A stretch of 64,000 nucleotides of DNA from a virus. A program made the translations under genes and the position numbers. Below the pieces are notes generated by a model. The model saw only the letters and a program-made list of their open reading frames with translations, had not been told where the DNA came from and did no database searches. The stretch is from positions 1 through 64,000 of IMG/VR virus record IMGVR_UViG_3300046792_000297. One strand, 5' to 3'. Below, one piece after another: positions 37,101 through 45,473 of this stretch. Within the stretch, counting starts at the first letter, position 1, and each line of letters begins with the position of its first letter.

Positions 37101-37448
37101 ATGGATGACCGGCAGGGCAGCTTCGAGTTTCCGGGGCCGCTGCCCGAGGCGCAAGCCAAGCCGCGCCGGGCTCGCAAGCCCAAGCCGGTGCCCACCCAGG
37201 AAGAGGAACTGGAGCGCGTCTCGCACCGCATCGAGGGCGCGGTGCATGAATTCTGCCGGGAGCGGCTGGCTCGCGCCGAGGACCTGTTCCACATGGAGGA
37301 CCTGCTGCGCTACGTCAACGACGTGCCTGAGATCAAGGTAGCGCCTGCCAGTCCCGACCGGGTGCTGCGGGCCATGCGGGCCAAGGGCGTGGTGAACTAC
37401 ACCGTGGTCGAGCGGTCCAAGTCGCTCTACCGCGTCACGGCGGCATAA
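37101..37448 (+). CDS. winged-helix-like hypothetical protein
   Basis: APASPDRVLRAMR.KG.VNY.V..RSKSLY. Confidence 0.7.
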   Translation: MDDRQGSFEFPGPLPEAQAKPRRARKPKPVPTQEEELERVSHRIEGAVHEFCRERLARAEDLFHMEDLLRYVNDVPEIKVAPASPDRVLRAMRAKGVVNYTVVERSKSLYRVTAA

Positions 37449-37469
37449 TCATTTTCGGCTGGAGAATTC

Positions 37470-37730
37470 ATGTCGATCACTCGCCAGTATCTAATCGAGG
37501 TTTCGCTCGATGCGGTCACGCTGCGCCGGGTCGAGGTGACCTCACCCACCGGCATACCGGGCCAGCTTGTCGAGGGCATCTACATTCCGTTGGGCGTGCA
37601 TCCTCCCGACCTCATGCTCAGCTTGCCGCCCACGTCCCTGCCCACCAACAACTGGGTCCGCCTGCGACTGCTCTCGGCGCAGGACGTGCCTACGCCGCTT
37701 AGGATTATTGAGGTTCTCAAGCCGGAATAA
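37470..37730 (+). CDS. hypothetical protein
   Basis: GGAG upstream. Confidence 0.6.
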   Translation: MSITRQYLIEVSLDAVTLRRVEVTSPTGIPGQLVEGIYIPLGVHPPDLMLSLPPTSLPTNNWVRLRLLSAQDVPTPLRIIEVLKPE

Positions 37731-37733
37731 TGA

Positions 37734-37943
37734 TTATTGCGGCCTGCGGACCAGCAGGTTCCACATTTGCTCGGCGTGCCTGGTCGAGGACACCACGCCC
37801 GTGGGCGCGGGCATCATGCCGACACAGTGACCACAACCGCCGCAGTACCATTCTTCGAAGTCCTGTTGCCCGATGGTGAGCGGCTTGCAACCGACCGCCA
37901 TCGGATGGCGACCGCACTTGGGGCACTTGTTGAATAGCGGCAT
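37734..37943 (-). CDS. Lar-like zinc-ribbon protein
   Basis: CPKCG...CGGCG...AEQMWN. Confidence 0.6.
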   Translation of the reverse strand: MPLFNKCPKCGRHPMAVGCKPLTIGQQDFEEWYCGGCGHCVGMMPAPTGVVSSTRHAEQMWNLLVRRPQ

Positions 37944-37958
37944 TCATCCTCCAGCCCG

Positions 37959-38216
37959 TTAAAGCGGGTCGATTCCTTCATCCAGGGCCGCCGCCAGCCA
38001 ACAGTGAATGTCTTCTGGGGTCTCGATGCGCAACACGGTCTGGCGCAGCGCGGCCAGGCTGGGACTGGGTGCCCAGGCGGGCGCATCAATCCACTGTGCC
38101 AGGTAAAGTTTGACCAGATGAATCTGGCGCAGACTCAGAGGACGCTGTTCCAGGTAGGCGACGATGGCGGGCTGTAGCTCGCCTCCGGTTTCGTTCATCC
38201 AGTAGCCGAGCGTCAT
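37959..38216 (-). CDS. hypothetical protein
   Basis: YWMNETGG.L...GIDPL. Confidence 0.7.
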   Translation of the reverse strand: MTLGYWMNETGGELQPAIVAYLEQRPLSLRQIHLVKLYLAQWIDAPAWAPSPSLAALRQTVLRIETPEDIHCWLAAALDEGIDPL

Positions 38217-38413
38217 GCGTACTCCACCCGGCCCTTGCAGCGAAACGTAGCGACCTGTTCGACGACTTGTTCGGCCTGCTCGCGGGTGTAGCGTTTGGCT
38301 TCGGCCAGGTTGCTGGTGTGGCGCAGGACCTCCCGGCCATCCTGCCGGTAGAAGCGTTGCACGTACAGGCAATACTCCTGATTCTTGGCGCGAAGCGCGA
38401 CGACAAAGGCCAT
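38213..38413 (-). CDS. hypothetical protein
   Basis: coupled ORF MAFVVALR. Confidence 0.6.
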   Translation of the reverse strand: MAFVVALRAKNQEYCLYVQRFYRQDGREVLRHTSNLAEAKRYTREQAEQVVEQVATFRCKGRVEYA

Positions 38414-38428
38414 GCGGGCATTGTAATC

Positions 38429-38604
38429 GCGTGCCCGGCCCGGTAGAGCAGGGTCGACTTTCCGCCTACCAGTGATGGCGTTTCGACGTTGCCAGCGCAA
38501 ACCTTGCGGTCCGCTGGACGTAGCCATCCCCGTTCACTGAAGCCCGAAGGCGTGGGACGCAACCATTTTTCCAGACTACCTTGGAAGCGCAACGCCGGGC
38601 ACGC
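38429..38604 (-). ncRNA. candidate multi-stem RNA closed by an 11-bp inverted repeat
   Basis: GCGTGCCCGGC/GCCGGGCACGC ends; c(UUCG)g and GCAA tetraloops on the minus strand. Confidence 0.55.
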
Positions 38605-38632
38605 TAACTACAAGTTTACTCATGGGTGAGCC

Positions 38633-40408
38633 ATGTCCAAGCGCCGCAAACAATCCGGGGCGCTGGCCAAGTTTCCCGTCAACGACGGTTCCCTGCCCGA
38701 GATGCGGCAGCCCATCGCCATCGACTCCTACTCCAACCCGGCGGCCCGCCTGGGCATGGGCACCACCAACCTGGCCGAGCAGTCGAGCTACCCGCTGGTG
38801 CGGATCACCGAGGACTACCCGCTCATCCTCTCGCTCTATCGCGGTTCGTGGATCGTGCGCCGGGTGATCGAGACCATCCCCGACGACATGCTCAAGTCCT
38901 TCCCGGTGCTGGACTCGGAGATCAACCCCGACCTGCTCAAGCGGTTCGAGAAGATCGTGCGCAAGACGGGCACACTGAACAAGCTGCGCTCGGCGGCCAA
39001 GTGGGGCCGCTTGTTCGGCGGCGCAGCCGCCATCATCGTGATCGCCGGGCACGACGACCTGGCCCAGCCGCTGGAGTTGGACGACATCGAGCCGGGAGCC
39101 TACAAGGGGCTGATCCCGCTCGACCGCTGGAGCGGCATCATACCGGGGCCGGAACTGAATCAGGACATCGAGGACACGGTCAACTTCGGGCTGCCGATCT
39201 ACTACAACGCCATCATGGACGCGGGCAACGCCAGGATTCATCACAGCCGCGTGCTGCGCTTCATCGGGCGTGAACTGCCGCAGTGGGAGCGGCAGGTGGA
39301 ACTGAACTGGGGCATGTCGGAAGTCGAGCTGATCTTCGACGAGTTGCGCAAGCGCGACTACAGTTCGTGGAACATCGTTTCCCTCTTGACACGGGCGCAG
39401 ATACTCTCGGTCGAAGAGCCGCAACTGGCCGCCCTGATGTCGGGCGCGGGCGGTTCGAACGAAGCCTACAACAACTTCGTCCGCCGCATGGAGTCGATCT
39501 CGCAGTTGCTCAACAACCAGGGCCTGCTGGTGCTGGGCAAGGACGGCAAGCTGAACCAAAACAGCTACACCTTCGGCGGCATCGCCGACGTTTACCACGA
39601 GTTCATGAAGGACCTCTCGGCGGCCTGCCAGATTCCCTACGAAGTGATCTTTGGGCGCGAGTCCGGGCTGGGCTCGAACGGCGAGAGCGGGCTGCAACTC
39701 TACTACGACATGATCGAGCAGAAGCGCGGCACCGACCTCGACCCGCAGATGGATCAGTTGATTCCCGTCATCGCCATGAGCGCGTTCGGCGAAGTGCCCG
39801 ACGACCTCGATCACCACTGGCAGCCGGTACGCTCGATGAGCGACAAGGAACGCGCGGAACTGGCCAAGGCGACCGGCGACAACATTGTGGCCTACTTCAA
39901 CGCCGACCTGATGACCAAGAAGGAAGCGCGGGAGGAGATACAGCAGTCGTCGAGCACCACCGGGCTGGGCACCAACCTGAGCGACGAGGCTGTGGCCGCG
40001 ACGCCCGACAAGTACGCCAGCGAACTGGGCGGCGGCGAAGGAGGGATGCCAGGCATGGGCGGACCGGGCGGGATGCCAGGTGGCCCACCGGGCGAGCCTG
40101 GCGAGGGCGAACCACCCAAGCCAGGCGGGGAAAACCCGCAGTTAGGCGCAGGAAAGCCAGCAGGCGGCCTGGGCGGGCCTGGCGAGGCAGCCGGGCCGAG
40201 AGGCGTGGCCAACGAAGAGGCTCCCGCCAACACGCCGCGCGAGCTAACCGCGCCTGCGCATCGTCCGCAACTGGGCATGGGCGGCGAGAACCCGTTCGCC
40301 CGCAAGCCGGTCGAGGATGACCAGACGGGGACTTCGCGCTATCAGCCGCCTGCGGCACGGCAGCATGAAGCGCCGACTGCGAGGCAGCATGAACTCCCTG
40401 ATCGCTAA
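38633..40408 (+). CDS. portal protein (DUF1073 type) with low-complexity tail
   Basis: LYR.SWIVRRVIE..PDDM, WGRLFGG, IHHSR, IP...IFG...GL...GE. Confidence 0.92.
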   Translation: MSKRRKQSGALAKFPVNDGSLPEMRQPIAIDSYSNPAARLGMGTTNLAEQSSYPLVRITEDYPLILSLYRGSWIVRRVIETIPDDMLKSFPVLDSEINPDLLKRFEKIVRKTGTLNKLRSAAKWGRLFGGAAAIIVIAGHDDLAQPLELDDIEPGAYKGLIPLDRWSGIIPGPELNQDIEDTVNFGLPIYYNAIMDAGNARIHHSRVLRFIGRELPQWERQVELNWGMSEVELIFDELRKRDYSSWNIVSLLTRAQILSVEEPQLAALMSGAGGSNEAYNNFVRRMESISQLLNNQGLLVLGKDGKLNQNSYTFGGIADVYHEFMKDLSAACQIPYEVIFGRESGLGSNGESGLQLYYDMIEQKRGTDLDPQMDQLIPVIAMSAFGEVPDDLDHHWQPVRSMSDKERAELAKATGDNIVAYFNADLMTKKEAREEIQQSSSTTGLGTNLSDEAVAATPDKYASELGGGEGGMPGMGGPGGMPGGPPGEPGEGEPPKPGGENPQLGAGKPAGGLGGPGEAAGPRGVANEEAPANTPRELTAPAHRPQLGMGGENPFARKPVEDDQTGTSRYQPPAARQHEAPTARQHELPDR

Positions 40409-41660
40409 CGGCCTGGAGGACTGGACGCTGGCGGTCGACGCCGACTTTGATGAGTCGGCAGTCAAGCGGGTTAGCAAAGGCAAGGAAGGCGGCGGGCAGT
40501 TCACGTCCAAGGGCGGCGGCGAAGAGAAGGGCGAGGAAGCCTACTTCGCGAGTGGTATTGGACCGGGAGAAGAAGCGGAGCCGGGTTACGAGCCGCCTGC
40601 CAAGAAACTGACGCCGGGTCAGAAAGCGGCGGCGACCAAGGCTGGCAAGAAGGTAATGGCCGCAGCGGCAGCGGTCCACCAGAAGACAGAAGCCGCGCAG
40701 CCGCCACAGCCCGTCACAGCCTCGAAGCATCCGAACTGGGCCGCGATGTCGCCGGGGCAAAAGGCCGCCTGGACGAAGAAGCAGAACCAGGCGGCCAACA
40801 ACAAAAAGATTCAGGAAGCGGCAAAGGCCACACCGGCCCAGCAGAAGCAGGCGGAGCAGGCGCTGACGGCGGCGGAGCAGAAGGGCCACAAGCCGCTCTG
40901 GGTCAAAGCCACGGTGAACGGCGAACCCCAAATCTTCAAGCTCCAAGGCGTGCCCAGCGGCCTGGATAGTACGGCCAGCGTGCAGAAGCTGCTGGGCGAA
41001 CAGCCCGATAAGTGGGGCGAGCTACACCCGGTTAGCGTTCAGAACGTGTCGCTGTGGAATGAATCGAAACCTCTGCCTCCCGCTTTCGAGACCGTCACGG
41101 CAGAGCAGAAGGCCATCGACAAGCTGGAAACCGAGAAGTACGAAGAGGCCAAAGCGGCGGTCCTGGCCAGCGGCCCGATCACTAGTAGCGAGTCACTAAG
41201 CGACGACATCATCTCTTCCATCAAGAGCTACACTGACGGCAGCTACCTGGCCCTGAATAAGGCGCTGCGAACCGGGCAGCCTCTGCAAAGCCACCAGGCC
41301 GTAATGGCGGCCAACCTGGACAAAGCCATTCGGAACAACAAGGTGCTGAGTGAGCGCAAGGTTTATCGTGGGCTTACGGATGCCGAAAAGTTCTTCGGCC
41401 CGACCGTGAAGATCGGCACCATCGTGATTGACAACGGCTTCATTTCAGTCAGCAAACACAGGGACACCGCCGATAACTTCGCGGGCTACAACGGCAAGGT
41501 GTGCGTGATTTCGCTGCCCAAGGGCAGCCCGGCGCTGGACATAGAGGCGTGGAGCTTGCTTGGCGATAGTGAGAAAGAAGCCCTATTACCTCGTGGTTCA
41601 ATGTTCAAAGTCACCAACGTGAGCGGCAAGGAGGTTCACCTTGAGTATGCCAACTATTGA
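40389..41660 (+). CDS. ADP-ribosyltransferase (VIP2/Alt-like) with shared N-terminal leader
   Basis: YT..SY..LN.ALR, VYRG, GFISVS, EKEALLPRG (R-S-ExE). Confidence 0.9.
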   Translation: MNSLIANGLEDWTLAVDADFDESAVKRVSKGKEGGGQFTSKGGGEEKGEEAYFASGIGPGEEAEPGYEPPAKKLTPGQKAAATKAGKKVMAAAAAVHQKTEAAQPPQPVTASKHPNWAAMSPGQKAAWTKKQNQAANNKKIQEAAKATPAQQKQAEQALTAAEQKGHKPLWVKATVNGEPQIFKLQGVPSGLDSTASVQKLLGEQPDKWGELHPVSVQNVSLWNESKPLPPAFETVTAEQKAIDKLETEKYEEAKAAVLASGPITSSESLSDDIISSIKSYTDGSYLALNKALRTGQPLQSHQAVMAANLDKAIRNNKVLSERKVYRGLTDAEKFFGPTVKIGTIVIDNGFISVSKHRDTADNFAGYNGKVCVISLPKGSPALDIEAWSLLGDSEKEALLPRGSMFKVTNVSGKEVHLEYANY

Positions 41661-41832
41661 CCCCGAGCGGCTGAAGCGTTACCAGTGGGACCAGGACTCG
41701 CTCACCGTGGCCAGCGTGGGCACGGGCGAGGAAGTCAAGCTCGACCAGCCCAAGGAGGCCAAGAAGGACGACCAGGCCAAGGACCAGGCCATCTTCTCCA
41801 ACTCGCTCGACGTGATGCTGGACGAGGAATAA
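41647..41832 (+). CDS. small acidic protein, putative ART inhibitor, with C-terminal copy of the leader motif
   Basis: overlaps ART stop; GGAGG upstream; ends AKDQAIFSNSLDVMLDEE. Confidence 0.7.
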   Translation: MPTIDPERLKRYQWDQDSLTVASVGTGEEVKLDQPKEAKKDDQAKDQAIFSNSLDVMLDEE

Positions 41833-42752
41833 TGATTAGCTGCCTGATCGCCAACGGCTTGGAAGACTGGACCCTGGCGGTCGACGACTTCAAGGAAGCG
41901 GCGGTTCCGCGCGACGAGTCGGGCAAGTGGACCGGCAAGGGCGGTTCGAGCGGCGAAGCCAAGCCCCTGAACGCGGCGCACAAAGCCTGGGCCACGCGCA
42001 AAGCTAAACAGCAGGCGGCGCAATCGAAGAAGCCGGTCGACTATCTGGCCAAGAAGGTCGGCGGGCAAGGGGGCTCCAATCCGGGCGGGACCTATGAGGG
42101 CAGTGACGGCAAGAAACGCTACGTCAAGTTCTACAAGAACATGGCGCAGGGTCGGGCGGAATGCACGGCGGACACTATCTACAACGACCTGGGCATCGGC
42201 GCACACAAGAGCGACGTGTTCGAGGCGGACGGCAAAGAGGCGTTCGCGGCGGAACTGATCGACGGCGGCGACCTGCTCAAGGATGTGGGCCTGAACAAGG
42301 AGAACGCTCGCGCCATCATGGAAGGCTTCGCGGCAGACGTGCTCATGGCCAACTGGGACAGCGTCGGCCTGGTCAACGACAACATCCTGCTCAAGGATGG
42401 CAAAGCCTACCGCATCGACAACGGGGCCACCTTCACGCACCGCGCGATGGCGTCCAGTCCGCCCAAGCCGGAAGGGCTGCTGCACAAGATCACCGAATGG
42501 GACGGGCTGTTCAACCCCAACATCAACGCGCAGTTCAGCCAGGTCGCCAAGGCCGCCGGATACAAATCGCCCAGCGACATCCCCGACATCAAGGCGCAAG
42601 TGGAGAAGATCGTCAAGCTCCGCGACCAGAGCGGCGGGTGGGACAAGTACCTCCAGGGCAAAGCGCCGTTCCTGTCCGACCAGGAGCGAAAGCAGTATGC
42701 CGGAATGCTGGACAGCCGCACCAAGCTACTGAGGGAGAAAGTCCAGGCGTGA
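41832..42752 (+). CDS. HipA/PI3-PI4-kinase-fold protein with shared leader and KAWATRK
   Basis: GGSNPGG.Y...YVK...AE; D..MANWD...NIL...RIDNG. Confidence 0.75.
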   Translation: MISCLIANGLEDWTLAVDDFKEAAVPRDESGKWTGKGGSSGEAKPLNAAHKAWATRKAKQQAAQSKKPVDYLAKKVGGQGGSNPGGTYEGSDGKKRYVKFYKNMAQGRAECTADTIYNDLGIGAHKSDVFEADGKEAFAAELIDGGDLLKDVGLNKENARAIMEGFAADVLMANWDSVGLVNDNILLKDGKAYRIDNGATFTHRAMASSPPKPEGLLHKITEWDGLFNPNINAQFSQVAKAAGYKSPSDIPDIKAQVEKIVKLRDQSGGWDKYLQGKAPFLSDQERKQYAGMLDSRTKLLREKVQA

Positions 42753-42762
42753 AGGGGTGGCG

Positions 42763-43626
42763 ATGAGAGATTGTCTGATCGGTAACGGCCTGGAGGATTG
42801 GACCCTCACCCTGGCGCTCGACGAGGGCGACTTCAAGGAGGAGCAGCACCCGCGCGACGAAACCGGCAAGTTCTCGCTGGGCAAAGGCGAGTCGACCGAG
42901 GAAGCCTTCAAGCATCCCACGACCGGCGAGTACGCGCCCAAGCGTTCGCAGCGCCACCAGGCCATTGTGGACAAGATCGTGGCGGGCAAGAAGTCCAGCG
43001 GAGCGCCCACCGCCTACATCATGGGCGGCGGATCGGCTTCGGGCAAGTCGACCGGCTTCAAGAAGAAGTTCGCCCGCAAGATGCGGATGGCGCTGGCGCA
43101 CATCGACTCCGACGCCATCAAGAACCATCTTCCCGAGTACGAGAGGCTGAAGCAGATTGATCCCGAGAAGGCCGCCTACCGGGTGCATGAGGAGTCCAGC
43201 CACATCGCCAAGAAGGCGCTGGCGGCGGCCATTGCCGGGAAGCTCGACCTGGTCTACGACTCGACTGGCGCGGGCGGCGGCACGCAGGACATGGCCAAGC
43301 GGCTCAAGGGCGAGGGTTACAAGGTGCACGTGGTCTACTTCGACATTCCCATACCGGAGGCCAAGGTGCGGGCCGGGAAACGGGCGGAGAAAACCGGGCG
43401 GCACATTCCCGAGCACGTGATCCAAGGTTCGCACAAGGGCAGCGCCAAGAACTTCATGGAGATGACCAAGGGCGGTCACATCGACAAGATGAGCCTCTAC
43501 GATACGACCGAGCGCGTGCCCACGCTGGTCTACTCCAAGGAAGGTTCACGCCCTGGTATGATTATGGAAGGTGAGAAATGGAAAGAGTACATGAAGAAGG
43601 CGGGAGTGGAGGAGAACCAGAAGTGA
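42763..43626 (+). CDS. zeta-toxin-like P-loop kinase with shared leader
   Basis: MGGGSASGKST, IDSDAIK..LPEY, VHEES, YDST, R...TGR. Confidence 0.88.
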   Translation: MRDCLIGNGLEDWTLTLALDEGDFKEEQHPRDETGKFSLGKGESTEEAFKHPTTGEYAPKRSQRHQAIVDKIVAGKKSSGAPTAYIMGGGSASGKSTGFKKKFARKMRMALAHIDSDAIKNHLPEYERLKQIDPEKAAYRVHEESSHIAKKALAAAIAGKLDLVYDSTGAGGGTQDMAKRLKGEGYKVHVVYFDIPIPEAKVRAGKRAEKTGRHIPEHVIQGSHKGSAKNFMEMTKGGHIDKMSLYDTTERVPTLVYSKEGSRPGMIMEGEKWKEYMKKAGVEENQK

Positions 43627-43745
43627 TCCACCACTACACCGACGACACCGATTCCGACGTATTCCAAGACAAGGACGACCTGGCCGAGTTCGATGCCATG
43701 CTGGATAAAGCCAAGCAGGCGGCCAAGCAAAAACCCACCCAGTAA
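43623..43745 (+). CDS. 40-aa acidic protein, putative antitoxin of the zeta-like kinase (not in ORF track)
   Basis: GTGA overlap; GGAGGAG upstream; MIHHYTDDTDSDVFQDKDDLAEFDAMLDKAKQAAKQKPTQ. Confidence 0.6.
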   Translation: MIHHYTDDTDSDVFQDKDDLAEFDAMLDKAKQAAKQKPTQ

Positions 43746-43806
43746 TTCCCCTCACATTCTGACCTTCTTCCGGCACCGGGAGAACCTCGACCCACGGAGA
43801 GAGCGC

Positions 43807-44049
43807 ATGGCCGACTGGGACGGAGCCCTCCAGGCTCCGCAGGGGATGTTTCGCGTGATTGGCGAGGACGAGCTACAGACACCAGCCGTGCGCTCGTGGA
43901 TCGGCGACTACCGCTCGCTGGCTAGCGCCCGGCGGGTGGCCAACGACCACGCTACGCCGCTGAATCCGGTAGTCGTATTCGATGACCAGAGCAAGACCCA
44001 GTGCCTCACCTGGGGCGACGTCGAAGTGGACGCGGAGGGCATCGTATGA
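43807..44049 (+). CDS. hypothetical protein
   Basis: GGAG upstream; coupled to next gene. Confidence 0.65.
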   Translation: MADWDGALQAPQGMFRVIGEDELQTPAVRSWIGDYRSLASARRVANDHATPLNPVVVFDDQSKTQCLTWGDVEVDAEGIV

Positions 44050-45473
44050 GCGTGACAGGGGGAACCACCGGTAGCTCGATCACGCTCGGCAGCCTGGGGC
44101 TGGTCAAGTACAGCGACGACGAGGTTGGCTGGGGCACGGGCTGGAACGGCAACATGGACACCATCGACGCGGCGATCTCCAGCCTCCAGGTGGGCGGGTC
44201 GCAGGTGCAGGCCGACTGGGATGCGACCTCGGGCCTGGCCGAGATTCTCAACAAACCGGACCTGGCTCCGGTCGCGACTTCGGGCGACTATGCCGATCTG
44301 GTCGGCGTGCCCGCGCTGCCGCACAACTTCAGTTCGCAGCCGCACCTGTTCCTGAACGGCTACAACGCCATCCTGGGCGTGTTCTCGGCGGCCCAGGCGA
44401 CCGCGTCGGACGTCTCGGGGCTGGCACCTATCGCCATCTCGGGCAGCTACAACGACCTCACCAACAAGCCAGTGCTGCCTGCGACTCAGGTGGCAGTGCC
44501 CAATCGCTTCTTCACCGCCTACAGCGCGACGACTGGCTTGTTTACGGAGGCGCAGCCTACAGCGCTGGACGTCTCCGGCCTGGCCGCCGTGGCAACCTCC
44601 GGCTCCTACACTGATCTCATCAACAAGCCGGTCCTGGCGGCTAACTCGCCTGCGGTGGCTCACCAGTTTCTCACCAGCTACGACAACATCACCGGGGCGT
44701 TCACCAAGGCCCAACCTGGCGCGGCGGATGTCAGCGGGCTGGCTCCTTCGGCAACTATCGACACCACCAACGCGCTCAACATCACTTCGGGCACGCTGGC
44801 CGTGGCGCGGCTGCCTGTCATTCCGGCCACGCAGATCAGCGGGCTGGCGCTGGTGGCCACTTCGGGCTCCTATCTCGACTTGAGCAACAAGCCGGTGCTG
44901 GCAGCGACCATTGCCGCGACACCGAACAACTTCCTGACCGCCTACAACGCGGTCACGGGTATCTTCACCAAGGGCCAACCGGCAGCGACGGACGTAACCG
45001 GCCTGGCCACGGTCGCCACGACCGGCAGCTACACCGACCTGATCAACAAGCCCATCCTGCCAGTCAACACGGGCAGCACGCCGCACCAGTTCTTCATCGC
45101 CTACGACAACACGACCGGCGGCTTCCTCAAGGCGCAGCCAGCGGCGGCGGATGTGACTGGTTTGGCGACGGTCGCCACTTCGGGCTCCTACAACGACCTC
45201 ACCAACAAACCAGTCTTGTCCACCGTGGCAGGCTCGGGCTCCTACCTGGACCTCACGCACAAGCCGACCTACTCATTCTGCCCAGGCACGACGCCGGGTA
45301 CGGTGTTCGTCTCGCCAGGCGCGGTGATCGCGGTGACCTACAACGGCACCGTGCTGCCGCGCGGCGTGGCCGCTCCCAAGCTGAGCTACACGCTGGCCGG
45401 GGATAACGTGACGATCACGCTCAACTTCACTGCCGAAGCCGGAGACCGAGTCGATGCGTTCTGTACTACTTAG
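44046..45473 (+). CDS. fibre-like repeat protein
   Basis: repeated GLA.VATSGSY.DL.NKP units; W..NMDTIDAAI N-terminus. Confidence 0.8.
   Translation: MSVTGGTTGSSITLGSLGLVKYSDDEVGWGTGWNGNMDTIDAAISSLQVGGSQVQADWDATSGLAEILNKPDLAPVATSGDYADLVGVPALPHNFSSQPHLFLNGYNAILGVFSAAQATASDVSGLAPIAISGSYNDLTNKPVLPATQVAVPNRFFTAYSATTGLFTEAQPTALDVSGLAAVATSGSYTDLINKPVLAANSPAVAHQFLTSYDNITGAFTKAQPGAADVSGLAPSATIDTTNALNITSGTLAVARLPVIPATQISGLALVATSGSYLDLSNKPVLAATIAATPNNFLTAYNAVTGIFTKGQPAATDVTGLATVATTGSYTDLINKPILPVNTGSTPHQFFIAYDNTTGGFLKAQPAAADVTGLATVATSGSYNDLTNKPVLSTVAGSGSYLDLTHKPTYSFCPGTTPGTVFVSPGAVIAVTYNGTVLPRGVAAPKLSYTLAGDNVTITLNFTAEAGDRVDAFCTT

Noticed and set aside
40345-40408. Short duplication at the portal 3' end (ARQHE twice) as a programmed frameshift fusing portal to ART
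   Set aside because: No slippery site seen. It simply duplicates the ART start context.
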